In this document: positions 13,273 to 26,300 of the stretch, one piece after another
Position numbering within the stretch: position 1 is the first letter of the stretch
How the letters are laid out: each line of letters starts with the position of its first letter
Source of the DNA: Isurus oxyrinchus
Taxonomy: Eukaryota
Reading direction: 5' to 3'
NCBI GenBank assembly: GCA_026770705.1
Contig: JANJGN010000002.1
Location: 170,376,001 to 170,440,000 of the forward strand
DNA length: 64,000 nucleotides
The notes under the pieces: model-generated
What the model was told of the DNA's origin: nothing
Seen by the model: only the letters and a program-made list of their open reading frames with translations
Databases searched by the model: none
Position numbers and translations under genes: made by a program

Positions 13273-14393
13273 TAATTGACTGTTCTTCAAGAATATCAAC
13301 AATAGTTCTAAATTTTAGTCTTCAGTTTCCCCATGACACAGAAGTTGAGCTTACCACAGCGTGTGAAACAGTTCACGTGATTCTTATTGAAATGTTTTGC
13401 CTGTAAGCTCAAATTAAATGAAACATTTACTTAGGAATGGTCTTTGTTGTCTTTATCCCATTAGCAGCACCTTGATAATTCCCTGAACCATTTAAGTATT
13501 TTGGAGGCAGGTACTACTACTTCTGGACTGAGTGAGGAGGACATGGTGCACTCTTTGAAGCAAAGAATAGATACCGCTGGCAATCAGATCCAAGATCTAA
13601 GGGCCACAGAAGTAAAATGCCACACTTGACCATTCACCTTTTCAAACCGCTATGTGATAGCACCCCAAGGATTGGAATGCAATATTATGCAGGCCTTCTG
13701 TGTTGTTGCTCTTGTATTTCAGTTTCAGAAAAGATACAGTCGTACTCACTTGTTATATTAATGTAGCATATCTGCTGATAATAATCCACTTTAATTGTTT
13801 TAATAATACCTGTTAAAATGTTCTGCAGAGTCACAGTTCTTGATCCATTACAAAGGGATTTCTATGGAACACTGATAGCAAGGCCTTGCAGTTCAGGGAC
13901 TACTTTCAAAGGAACATATTAATTATATGAAAGGTCTTTGTTTTGTTAAGAAACAAGCAACTGGTTCAATTTTGGTTTAATATTTTCATGATTCCATAAT
14001 TGTGTATCAGTTCTGCATGCCCCACATGGTGATTGATTTTCATACATGTTCCTTAAGACAAAATATTAGAATGGCTTTTGTAGCACACCCAGCAACAAGA
14101 ACCAACCATGGAATAAATTTGTAATAATGCCAAATAAGCAGGGACGACAACTATTCCTCAGATTTGTGCATAATTTTCAGTTTGCCTTTTTATCAGAGCT
14201 GGAATTGGAATGCAATAAAATGATCAACCATGAAGATCAACAAATTGTCAATAATTTCAGTGTTATTTGCAGCTGTAGTAGAAGTATTACTCTATTCAAA
14301 AAATAACTTGTACAAATTTAGTAATCTCCCCAATAGAAGCAGGACTGTAACAACTTTGACTCTGTGCCCTGAAATCTATCCAATTTACACTGT

Positions 14394-16259
14394 GGACAGA
14401 ACTTAGTCTCGTGGGCAGGTGCGCACCCAATCTGAACGGACGTGAAATAGTGCAAGATGACATCAGGCGAGTGTCCCAATGCCATCCCACAAGCAAGCAA
14501 TCTTTAGGTCAGAGCTGTCCCCGCCAACAATTAAAGAGCCACTTAAGGCCATTAAAAAGACAATTGATCCTGATTTTGCATTGCCTATGCAATTTTGCAC
14601 TCGTCACACGGAGAGGCAGACAGCCCACTTTTAACTAAACCTCATCCAAGGGAGGGATAAAAAGGGTCAGAGCATTGCCATTGTGAATAATGAGCAGTTT
14701 TGGAGATAGTTTGCAGCTGGTTGCTTATTTGAACTTGACAGCTTCATCTATGTTTTGAGCTTCATTCTTAGCATTTCTAGGTTTCATTTCAAGACTCATT
14801 GGTGTCTCCAAAATCACTGGAGGATTTTGACCATGTGGACCTTTTCAAGTATAAGACAGCCTTCTGTTACCCTGGTAATGAGGATTGTGGTCTCCATTGG
14901 TGGCACCTCCTCTGAGGAGGAAGAGATGGGCAGAAGGGAGAGGAGGCCACGTGTCCCAATGCAGTTTCCAAGGGAGGGACCTGTAGGAGGAGAAGCACAG
15001 GCACAAGGGGCACAGGGCCAGCAGGCAGTCCAAGGTGGAAGGGGCCGCAGAAGATGCCACTATTCTGCTGCCAGGGTTTACAGGCAGCGATGTAGCTACC
15101 TCAATATGTCCGAGGTGCAATATTGAAGGAGGGTCCGTCTCTCCAGGGAAACCCTGACCTCCATTTGTCAGATGATTGAGCCTGGGATAACCTTTAACTG
15201 TGTGGGTGGAAATCCCTTGCCAGTCACAGTGAAGGTCACAGTGGTCCTCAACTTCTATGCATCCGGCTCTTTCCAGGGGTCAGTAGGGGGTCTTTGTGGA
15301 GTGTCCCAATCAGCTGTCCACAGTTGCGTCAAGCTGGTGACAGAAGCTCTGTTCGGGCGGGTAATGACATTTATTCATTTCCATATGGATGAGGCAAGCC
15401 AGGCTGAGAGTGCCAGATGCTTTGCAGCGATTGCTGGCTTCCCCCGCGTCCAGGGTGCAATTGACTGCTCACATGTGGCCATCAAGGCGCCAGCGGGTGA
15501 GCCCGGTGCCATCGTCAACAGGAAGAGATTCCACTCAATGAACACCCAGATACAGTGTGACCACAGGACGCAGACTCTGAAAGTCTGTACAAGATACCCT
15601 GGCAGCTCCCATGTCACTTATATCCTGAGACACTCCCAGGTGCCGAGGATCTTCAGTGCTCCAGCCCAACTGGACGGATGGCTGCTGGGTGACAAGGGCT
15701 GTCTATTGAAAAGGTGGCTTATGACACTTCTCCACCACCCAAGAACAGAGGCAGAGCAGGGTTATAATAGGAGTCAATAGAGAGGACCAAAGGTATTCCT
15801 AAGATGCACTTCTGATGCCTGGACCATTCAGGGGGAGCACTACAATACCTCCCAGAGCAAGTGTCACTGATCGTGGTTGCATGATATGCTCTCCTCAATC
15901 TGGCACTGGCAAGGGGGACCCCCTGGAGGACAAGGGTCTTGAGGCAGCTCCACAGACCACAGAGGATGAACCCTGTAGTGAGTCAGAAGGGGAGCATGGT
16001 GAGGGGAATGCTGAGGGTGTGGAGGCAGACCTCTGTATCCTTCAGGGAGGCAGGGACACCAGGGACACCTTGATTCAGCAAGGCTACCAAAGCTCTGCTT
16101 CCACCTCATGCCAGGGCTGTCAACTCCCTCCCAGATGTCTGAAATTACTCTTTCATTTGAACTTAAAGTCCACTCAGTGCCTGTGTAATAAAGTTTAGAG
16201 CCACTCACGTCCAGTATCACATGCGCCAAAAAATACAAAGGTGAAGCATATTCAGGCCC
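14394..16259 (+). mobile_element. Harbinger transposon, internally deleted, with transposase pseudogene
   Basis: ORF 15172..15780: GFPRVQGAIDCSHV, NRKRFHSMN, RYPGSSH, WLLGDKG; colinear with 29487-32462; TIR-like ends. Confidence 0.88.
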
Positions 16260-16269
16260 TTAGGACAAA

Positions 16270-17725
16270 ACCAAAATTTATCTCATTTTGACAATCCAAG
16301 GAAATCCATCCTATGTCCTCAGTGGACGACAGCTTGGCAAAACTTGCCAACAGTGTGCTCTTCACTAAACTTGATACTAATAGTGGGTTTTGGTAAATAC
16401 CCCTTGACCAAGAGTCCAGATTGTTAACAATATTTATTACGTCTTTCAAACAATTTTGCTTTAATTTCCTTCCCTTTGGTATATCATCCACTCTGGAGAT
16501 ATTCCAGCGAATCATGTCAAACATTCTGGAAGGGAAAATGGGAGTAATTTGACCTGTGGATGACGTGTTTATCCAAGGCACCACAAGACAGGAGCATGAC
16601 CACAGAGTTTATGAAGTTCTGAAAGCATTACAAAAGGCAGGTCTCACCTTAAACAAAAAGTGTGAATTTGCAAAAGCTACCATTAAATTCTTGGGTTACA
16701 TCATATACAAAAGGGCATAATGGTAGACCCTTAAAGAATGAAAGTGTTCAGTGACTTTCCACAACCAAGGATGTCCAGAGATTCCTTGGAATAGTCACTC
16801 AGGCTGGCAAATTCATTCTGACTTTAACTACAATCACTGAACCTTTGAGAGACCTTTTACAAAAAGGCCAACAGTGGTTTTGGGGATTTGAGCAAACCAA
16901 CACATTTAAGAAAATAAAGGAAAGGCTCATCTCTTCAGACGTGTTGGCACATTATAAAACCAGATTGCTCACTGTGGTGGTCGCAGATGCATCCTCAAGA
17001 GACCTTGGAGCCATACATATTCAGATCCAGGAGGATAGTAAAAGAAAAGCAGTCTACTTTCCTTTCAGTGAAATAACTGTAATGGAACAACGCTATGAGA
17101 CTATGGAGGAAAGCATTGTCAGTAACCTGGACATCTGAGAGATTTTCTGATTGTTTGATGGGATTGCAATTTTAAATTGAGATAGACCATAAATGTTGGT
17201 CATCCTCCTGAATTCCACAGAGATTGTCAAAATGCTTCTACACATATTACATTTCAGACTCAGGTTGATGTGTTATCATTATACAACTGTGAATGTGCCA
17301 GGCAAAATGCAGGTCACAGCAGATGCATTATCTAGAGCTATGGCTGATCAAGCAGTAACCTAAGACTTAGAGCTTATTTCAGAGGTGAAAGCATTTTCAT
17401 TGGAACCAACTCTCTAACAGCTTCTGAGAAAAAACTGCAAGAAATCAGGAAAGCAAAATAGGAAGATGTGGAGTGGACTGAGGTTAGGAAATTTTGACAA
17501 GAATGGTGGTCAAAATATAGTCTAAACAATCAGCTCCTATGAAAGTACCATGAACAGTGGAAACATGTAACAAGGTGAACAATTTTCTAAAATTTAACCA
17601 CTGGCTAGTAATATGCAAGGTTATGAGGGTGGAGATTCTTCATAAAATCCATGGTGGTCACTTGGGAATAGCAATGTGCAGAGCTCGTGCACATCAATCT
17701 ATGTGGTGGCCAGGAATTTCCTGTA
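16270..17725 (+). mobile_element. Gypsy LTR retrotransposon pol remnant (RT-RNaseH-integrase Zn)
   Basis: FTKLDTNSGFW, LPFGISS, VDDVFI, VVADASS, HGGHLGI..MWWPG; many stops. Confidence 0.85.
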
Positions 17726-17795
17726 TAATGTAGTTGCTCATATCATAACATCACTAGTTTAGTCCTCTATAACATGGAAAACGTATTGTAGATAT

Positions 17796-18529
17796 GGGCA
17801 GAATCTTCAGATTGGTGGGCAGAGGCCAGGCTCACCAAAGCATAAAATGCCGTGCAGTGACGTCAGACGTGTGTCCCAACGTCACCGCGCGTCATTCAGA
17901 TTTTCAGCTCGGTGAGCACGCTTCTGACTCAGCCCGCCGAACTGTCAAAGGCCTATTAAGACCAGTTAACTGTCAATTAAAACAATAAACAGAGTTGCCT
18001 GTCCAACCTTAAGGTTGGCGGGCAGGCGAAGAGGCCAGGCTGCCTTTGCATTTTTCATGGAACCTCATCCACAGGCGAGATGAGGTTTCAAGAAGTTTTT
18101 TTAAAGGTTTGAAAAAGTTTTAAATAAAATTCATAGACATGTCCCAGCTCATGTGACAGTTTCACATGAGGGGGCATGTCCTAAAAAAATGTTTTCCTTT
18201 ATTAAGATTTTTTAAACTGAAACTAATCTCCCTGAGGCAGCTTTGTGCCTCAGGGAGATTTCTGCACTCTTTCACACACATGCGCGAAAGAGCGCTGGCC
18301 CCGACTCAGGCAACCCATCCCCCCTCCCCACCCCCCCCCCCCCCCCCAACCTCCTGCCCCCGCCTGCACAGGGAGCGGTCAGTGCTTCTGGGTGTGCATC
18401 ACATTGGGTGGGCCTTAATTGGCCTACCGATGTATAGGGCTGTGCTCAGCCGATTGCAGGTGGTGATCGGCTGCATGCACGCCCACACCCGCTCCTATAC
18501 AACCCCCCGATGGGGAGAAAATTCTCCGC
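17796..18529. mobile_element. Harbinger-type MITE (~730 bp)
   Basis: GGGCAGAATCTT ... AAAATTCTCCGC; same internal hairpins as 7391 and 51302. Confidence 0.85.
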
Positions 18530-19415
18530 ATAGAATTTTATGAGACCCTGTGGCTTGCGGTTTGGTTTCTACTTTGAACATTAATTTGGATCTCTCTTCA
18601 GGTAACTTGTGACCTGGTCTGGATTAGGAAGATTTCCCACTACTTCCAAGTGACTTAGGTCTAACTCTTAAATGTTTCTTCAAAAACTCTTTTATTTACA
18701 CGATAGCATATTCTAAGCTTCTAGATAAATATCTCTCTCTTGTACAATATCAAATGTTGAACTGCTTTACTCTGTCCAGATAATGTCTAATACCCAAGCA
18801 GTAAAATGAAAATCTACCAACAAAGCTCTCTATGTTGCTCTAGCTTTCCATAAACTCAATTTTCCTTTTGTTACCCATTCACTGCTTCACAGCCTTGGTT
18901 ATACTCAGTTCCTCCATTGCATTTTAGACCTCTACTGATACATTTCAGCCCATGAACAGTCTCTTCCACTTGGCCTTTCATTTATGTTCACATTGGAAAA
19001 ATTGCATTTATGATGCTCTCCATTGCATCAAGGAGATTCAACATTACGGGACTCAAGTCTTGAAATACTTCCGGTAGATTCAGTGATATTGCAGGGACAA
19101 TAAATGTCAAGCTTCTCCCATCATTTTTGCAAGACATTGGCTCATGCATGAAGTATTGTTCAATATGTAGCATCCCTATACTACCTCAACCTACTGGCTA
19201 AACTTAATCTGACAAAGACTGCTAGCAGGTTGTTCAAGTATGTGAAGCATCAAAGGTGAGAGCCATTCTTTCATCACAAAGCACCCAGTTTTAATTTCCA
19301 GCAGGGTTTATTGGAAATCACCAGAGTGGAGAATCTTATCTCATTGTTTCATTCCCTGCCTGAGGATCAATTGTATCATATTTCTAACTGGCTTTACTGA
19401 GATCCACTTACTCGG

Positions 19416-19646
19416 AAACAAAAACAGAATTACCTGGAAAAACTCAGCAGGTCTGGCAGCATCGGCGAAGAAAAGAGTTGATGTTTCGAGTCCTCACGAC
19501 CCTTCGACAGAACGTTCTGTCGAAGGGTCATGAGGACTCGAAATGTCAACTCTTTTCTTCTCCGCCGATGCTGCCAGACTCGCTGAGTTTTTCCAGGTAA
19601 TTCTGTTTTTGTTTTGGATTGCCAGCATCCGCAGTTTTTTGTTTTT
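19416..19646. repeat. Penelope-derived fold-back palindrome (no spacer, ~98-bp arms)
   Basis: Centre gacagaac|gttctgtc at 19513/19514; arms homologous to the Penelope terminus at 20777. Confidence 0.88.
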
Positions 19647-20076
19647 ATCCACTAACTCTGCACGGATGAGGAATTGAATCAACAACATTGCTGGTTGGAA
19701 CTGGTAGGATAGGAACCATGCAAATATAGGCCTACAGAGCTGCATGACAGAGAAGAGACAGTAGAATGGGCATGGCTGATTGGATAGAATGCCATAGTGA
19801 GGTCAAGGAGAACAAGACGGCAAAATGCACAGTGGTTGCAGTTACCGATGGTGACTTCTGTACCATTGGCTAGGGTGGTATTAGTCCTGTGAGCAAGGTC
19901 AGAGCCAGAATTCACTGCGATTTTTTTTTAGTAAACATGGGCAGAGTAGCAAAGCTATGGCAGAGGTGGGCGCAAGTTGGGAAAACGCAGAACTTTCAAT
20001 GGCAAAAGATTCCCCCCTTTGGATATTTATAACAAAAGCATAACAAAACAGTTTCAAGAAATCATTACGCCCAGAA

Positions 20077-20093
20077 GAAAACGAAAATGAAAC
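20077..20093 (+). promoter_or_regulatory. Tandem ISRE / IRF element
   Basis: GAAAACGAAAATGAAAC = GAAA-NN-GAAA-NN-GAAA, ~210 bp upstream of the RBR ATG in a CpG-enriched non-repeat region. Confidence 0.7.
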
Positions 20094-20210
20094 AGGACTT
20101 CGTCTCAACAACAGCTGCGTTTGACGGAGCAAAGGTTCTCACTGCTTTGATGTGACTGGTTCGTGGGACCGCATTTAATTTTATTGGTTTAGCCATAACC
20201 AAATTAGGAC

Positions 20211-20232
20211 ATTTCGTTTTGTGGAAATTTCC
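20211..20232. promoter_or_regulatory. IRF half-site next to an NF-kB-like palindrome
   Basis: ATTTCGTTTT (rc AAAACGAAAT) followed by GGAAATTTCC at 20223-20232. Confidence 0.4.
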
Positions 20233-20299
20233 TGTTGTTCCAAACTGTCTCAGAGAATTTTGAGCACGTCATTTGGGAGTGAAGCAGCGAAGAAGGATA

Positions 20300-20375
20300 A
20301 TGGAAGTTGTCGAGAAGCGCTACGATCCCAACGACACCACTTTGAAATTTGTAAAGGGAAAGGATGAGATCACAG
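20300..20375 (+). CDS. RBR E3 ligase coding exon 1
   Basis: ATG at 20300, MEVVEKRYDPNDTTLKFVKGKDEIT, phase-1 donor G|gtaaa. Confidence 0.85.
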
Positions 20376-23300
20376 GTAAAATCACAATGCACATCAGTAG
20401 CTTTATAGCTTGAAAATAAAATCAGAGGATTTTATTTGGAGCGATTGCAACATCAATAAACAAAAACTATTTATATTTATTTAGCGTCATTAACATAACG
20501 TAATCGTTAACCTAACAAAATAATCTTAAGGAGCAGATCATTGTGAACAGTTTTCTTTAAGGTCAGCAGCAAGTGCCCTCGCTTTGCAACTGATTGGAAT
20601 TTTTATGGTCGTAATTCTAATGAAAACTGTCTGTTTCAGGAGAAGATGATGACCCAAATGCTCTGAGAGCAGAAATGTCCTGTGGACACGCTGTAGACCC
20701 CAATTCACTCACAGCATGGTGTCGGAGCCTAATAGACCAGGTCTGTACATCTTTAAGTTTTATTTTATTTCTTAAGCAAAAATAAAAATACCTGGAAAAA
20801 CTCAGCAGGTCTGACAACGTCTGTGGAGACGAACACAGTTAACGTTTCGAGTCCATATGACTCTTCATCAGAACTAAGGAAATAGAGAAATGAGGTGAAA
20901 TATAAGCTGGTTGAGGGGGGTGGGACAGGTAGAGCTGGGTAGAGGGCCAGTGATAGTTGGAGGCACATAAGAGATTGCCAAAGATGCCATCGACAAAAGG
21001 ACAAAAGGGAGTTGACTGTGGTGATATTATTTAAGGAATGTGCAAATGGTGACATTAAGGGTAGAAAGCAAGACAAGCTAGTGGCAAATGGCCCTAGTAG
21101 GTGTCGGGTGGGGGGGGGGGGGTGCGGGGGAAGGGATCGAAATGGGCTGAAAGGTGGAGATAAAAACAATGGATCAAAATAAACTTAAAAATAGGTGGGA
21201 AAAGAAAAATATTTTAAAAAATTATAGATTATTGGAAAAAGGGGGATCGGAAAGGGGGTGGGTATAGAGCAGAGAGTAAAGTGCCTAGTCGGAAGATGAG
21301 GTGCTGTTCCTCCAGTTTGCATTGAGCTTCACTGGAACATTGCAGCAGGCCAAGGACGGACATGTGGGCATGAAAGCAGGGTGGTATGTTGAAATGGCAA
21401 GCAACAGGGAGGTCTGGGTCATGTTTGCGGATAGACTGATGCAGTAGACTAAATTGAGGGAAGTGCAAGTGAAGTGCTGCTTCACTTGAAAGGTTGTTTG
21501 GACCTTTGGATGGTGAGGAGGGGGAAAGTAAAGGGGCAGGTGTTGCACCTTATGCGGATGCATGGGAAGGCGCCATGGGAAGGAGTTGAGGTGTAGGGGG
21601 TGATGTAGGAGTGGACCAGGGTGTCTCGGAGGGAACGATCCCTGCGGAAAGCCTTCTGGGGGTGAAGGGAAGATGTGTTTGGCGGTGGCATCATGCTGGA
21701 GTTGGTGGAAATGACAGAGGTTGATCCTTTGAATGCGGAGGCCGATGGGGTGATAAGTGAGGACAAGGGGGACCCTATCATGGTTCTGGGAGGGAGAGGA
21801 AGGTGTGAGGGCGGATGCGCAGGAGATGGGCCAGACACGTTTGAGGGCCCTGTCAACCACTGTGGGTGGAAAACCTCAGTTAAGGAAGAAGGAAGACATG
21901 TCAGAGGAGCTGTTTTTGAAGGTAGCATCATCAGAACAGATGTGATGGAGGTGAAGGAACTGAGAGAATGGGATGGAGTTCTGACAGGAAGTGGGGTGTG
22001 AGGAGCTGTAGTCGAGGTAGCTGTGGGAGTCGGTAGGTTTGTAATGGATATTGGTGGACAGTCTGTCACCAGAAATTGAGACAGGTCAAGGAAGGGAAAG
22101 GAAGTGTCAGTGATGGACCATGTGAAAACGATAGAGGGGTGGAAATTGGAAGCAAAATTAATAAATTTTTCCAGCTCCAAACGAGAGCATGAAGCAGCAC
22201 TGAAGCAGTCATCGATGTACTGGAGAAAGAGCTGTGGGAGGGGTCCTGAGTAGGGCTGGAACAAGGAATGTTCCACATACCCCATAAAGAGACAGGTATA
22301 ACTGAGACCCATGCAGGTACCCATAGCCACATCTTTTATTTGGAGGAAGTGAGACGAGTTTAAGGAGATATTGTTCAGTGAGAGAACAAGTTCAGCCAGT
22401 TGGAGGAGAGTAGTGATGGATGGGGATTGTTCGGGCCTCTGTTCAAGGAAGAAGCGGAGAACCCTCAGACCATCCCGGTAGGGTAGGGAGGTGTAGAGGG
22501 ATTGGACGTCCATGGTGCTTTCATCTTCTATAAACTCTAGTTCATCCAAAACTCTGCTATCATATTTTAAACTGCATTAAATCCTGTTTACTCCTGTGCT
22601 CACTGACCTATTGGGGCCAGGGAACTGGAAATTGTTGCTATGATGTAGAGTGTCAGAGGAATTGTGGATGTATGTGGGAAGACTGGACAAGGGGAGAGAG
22701 AATGAAGTCAAGATAGCAAGAAATGAGTTCAATGGGGCAGGAGCAGGGTGACACGATCGGTCTACCGGGATAGTCCTGATTGTGATTTTGGGTAGGAGGT
22801 AGAAGCAGGCCGTCCAAGGTTGGGAGATTATGAGGTTGGAAGCTGTGGAGGGAAGATCTCCAGAGGAGATGAGGTCAGTGACTTGATGGCTTGATGTTCA
22901 GTGGTGGGGTCATGTTCCAGGGGGAAGTAGGAGGAAGCATGTGCGCATTCAGCCTCTGTGAGGTAGAGGTCAGTGCGTCAGACAACAACAGCACCACCCT
23001 TGTCAGCAGGTTTGATGACAAAGTCAGGGTTGGACCTGACAGAACAGATTTCGGCAAGTTCAGAAAGAGACAGGTTAGAGTGGGTGAGAGGAGCAGAGAA
23101 ACTGAGACGACTGACGTCACGCTGACAGTTCTCAATGAATAGATCAAGAGCAGGTGAGAATCCAGAGGGAGGGATCCAAGTGGAGGGAGAATATTGGAGG
23201 TGAGTAAAAGGATCCATTGAATGGGGAGAGGACTCCTGCCCAAAGAAGTGAGCGTGGTAACGAAGGCGACGGAAAAAGAGTTCAGCATCGTGCTGAGCCT

Positions 23301-26300
23301 GAAATTCATTGAGGTTTTCTTCTTAGCGTGTCCACGGACAGTCTATACATGGCCCAGCCAGAACTGGACACGTTTTTGCACCTTGTTGTTGAATTTGGTA
23401 AGATCTGCAACAGTGCAGGGTTCCTCTAACGATAGGCATTGTAGGAGATGTTGCATAGTTTGTGGCTCAGTTCCACATTCACAAGTTGTCGGGCTGGTTG
23501 TATATCCCCATTTTCTTAGTGACACCTTTAAATGACCTACACCAGTCCTAAGTCTGTTAAGGCACTTCCAGGTTGCCCAGTTGCAATTAGCTCCTGGGGG
23601 AAGGGTTTCATCCGGTGGAATTTCCATTGCTGGGGGTTGTTCGAGACTGGCAAGCCGGTCTTTCCACAAGACGATGCGGGCTTCAGATGAGGTTGATTGT
23701 AAAGGAACAACGCTGATCATGAAGCTCTTCCTTGACTTTAGGCAGCTGGGTGTAGGTGTATGACCATGTAGAGCGTGCCTCTCATCTGATGTTTGATGGA
23801 GTCATTCTTTCTTGCTGGCTACTGTTCTTCTTATATCAGGGGAAGCGATACCCGCCAGGATATATAGGCTGTTGGTGTTTGTTTGTTTTAAACAACCTGT
23901 GATAAGTCGGCAGCTTGCATTCAGAACAACATCCATCTTCTTAGCATGAGTAGATCTTTCCCATGCAGGGCAGGCGTATTCGGTAGTGGAATAGCAGAGA
24001 GCAAGTGCACTAGTTCGCAATGTTTTCGAGCTTGCTCCCCATTTTGTGTTAGTGAGCTTATTCAGGATGTTGTTTCATGCGCTCACTTTTGCCTTTGTCT
24101 TTTCGATGTGGTTCTTGAAGGTGAGGCAGCTGTCAAGGGTGACTCCTAAATAGATAGGGTGCTTGCAATGCGTCAGTGTTGCTCCACACCAGGTTACTTT
24201 AAGCTGGTGTTTGGCTTCACGGTTTCTGAGGTGGAATGCACAAACTTGCGTCTTTGATGGGTTTGCGCAAAGGTGATTTTCTTCATAGTAGGATGTTAGT
24301 CCCTCCAAGGCCTCAGAAAGCATTTTCTCCATGGTGTTAAAATCAGTGCTTTGGGCAGTGACACATAAGTCATCAGCATATATAAAACAACGTGTGACAT
24401 CATCTAAAGGTTGGTCATTCGTGTAGATATTGTACAGCAGCAATGCAAGCACGCTTCCCTGAGGAAGACCATTCTTCTGAATATGCCACCTACTGCGCTT
24501 CCCACCTAGTTCAGCATAGAACCGATGATTCTAAAGCATGCTTTCTAACCGCTCTGTTAAGTGAGTATCTTTTGTCATCTCCAGGATCTTGCAGAGGCAA
24601 TGTCTATGGTTCATTGTATCGTATGCTGCTGCCAGGTCTACAAAAACAGCACCTGTTACCATCCCTTGCTCAAAACCATCTTCGATATGTTGTGTGAGGT
24701 TGAGCAGTTGGCTTGTTGTTGATTTGCCAGGGCCGAAACCTGCTTGCTCTGGAATAATCTTCTCATCTGCAGTTGGTGCTATCCTATTGAGTATCAGGCG
24801 TTCAAACAGCTTATTGGTGTGGCAAAGCGGTGAAATTGGCTGAAAACTCTTGGGATCTGAGGGATCTTTTCCAGACTTTAATAGTGCTATTATATGTACC
24901 TTCTGCCAAATATTATGTAGCTTGTGTGTTACCAGGCAGTGGCTGAACAATTGCAGGAGCCATTTCTTTGCTTGCTGTCCAAAATGCTTTATCTGTTCTG
25001 TTGCTATGTTGTCAAGACCAATTGCTTTCCCATGTTTTAGACTAGATATACTACTTTCCAGCTCTTCCATGGTAAGTGGTCCAGTGAAGCTAGTGAAGCT
25101 GTACTTCTTCCTATCTAGTTGTGCTCTTGGAAGTTTCTTGTTGATTTTTCCATTTAGGAGCAACTGGTGTGCAACTTGGTTTGCAGACACATTTGGATGT
25201 TGGGCAGCTTTCTTGGGATCGCCTCCAAGTTTGCATATGAGAGACCATGCCTTCTTGCTGTTGTGTGTTGCCAGGCATTGGCACTTGCTCATTGAGGTGA
25301 GGGCATAAGGGTATGAAACTGAGTCCTTTGTTGAGCACTGAGCGTTCAACATCAGAGAGGGGAAGTTCAGGGGATATGGTGAATACATGGCTGGGGCTGG
25401 GATTGGAAGAGGGGACGGAGTCAGAGGGATGGGCAGGGGTGGAGGGTCCTGGATGGGCATTGGTGTCGATGAGTTATTGGAGCTTGCATTCCTTTGTACC
25501 TGAAAGAAAGACACAAAGTTTCTTGTTGAGGTGTCAGATGAGATGAAGAATAAAATGAAACTGGGGGCAAGGACAGCTTAGGGATAGGGTGAGTCAGCGC
25601 TGCTGGAGGGAGAGGTTGAGTGTGTTCATATGGCGGCGTATGGCACTGAGTGTGGATCTCAGGGTGCGACGAGAACAGCAGTCCAAGGAGTGTTGTATGT
25701 CGCGGAGATGATACCTGTAATTCTGGATGGGTTCAAAACATGAGGAATGGAACTTCAGTTGGAATCCATGTGGGGTAAGTCGGAGATGGAGACAGTCACT
25801 GAGGAAGGAAATTTACTTTTATTTTATTTGCTTTTATTTTATTTCTTGTTTGACCTGATTTCTTAAGTGATTATTAAAAGTGATATTTTTAACATATAAT
25901 TTTCAATTCATATTTTAGGGTCATTTCACATTCCATTGCCCTGGGGAAAAGAAAGGCACTGACGAGAAGTGTAACAAGGAATGGCCCTATGTGGAGGTTC
26001 GCAGACTTGCGCTGCTGACTGATGAGGAACAGCAGTATTTTGAAGAGAAGGTTTCCATACTTGCTGCTGCAAAGTACTGTGAATACAAATGGGTAATTCA
26101 GCATCAGCATTTAACATTTATAGTCAATATTTAATAGGAAATTTTACAGGAACTGAGGAGGTTCTGAAGTCAGGATGGAGTGAGAATATAGAGGAGTAAG
26201 GCAATCAGTACTGTTGATTCAAGCAGGATAGCAACAGTGTCTGCTTATTAAAAACAGTTTTTTAAAGGAGAAATTGAAACAAAAGCATAGTATCTTTCAT

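Larger units (their letters stand above)
20777..25808 (-). mobile_element. Penelope-like retroelement (RT plus GIY-YIG) in RBR intron 2, decayed and interrupted
   Basis: ORF 21482..22549 (MDVQSLYT, VAMGT, YIDD); NLVYCI..PVACHFN..EQHLIFRLGTL; VIKPADKGGAVVV. Confidence 0.9.

Noticed and set aside
15172-15780. Domesticated HARBI1 host gene
   Set aside because: Multiple copies with TIR-like ends, stops, frameshifts and deletions: transposon pseudogenes.
20052-20061. GAS (STAT1) site TTTCAAGAAA in the RBR promoter
   Set aside because: Spacing is TTC-N2-GAA rather than canonical TTC-N3-GAA; too weak to call.
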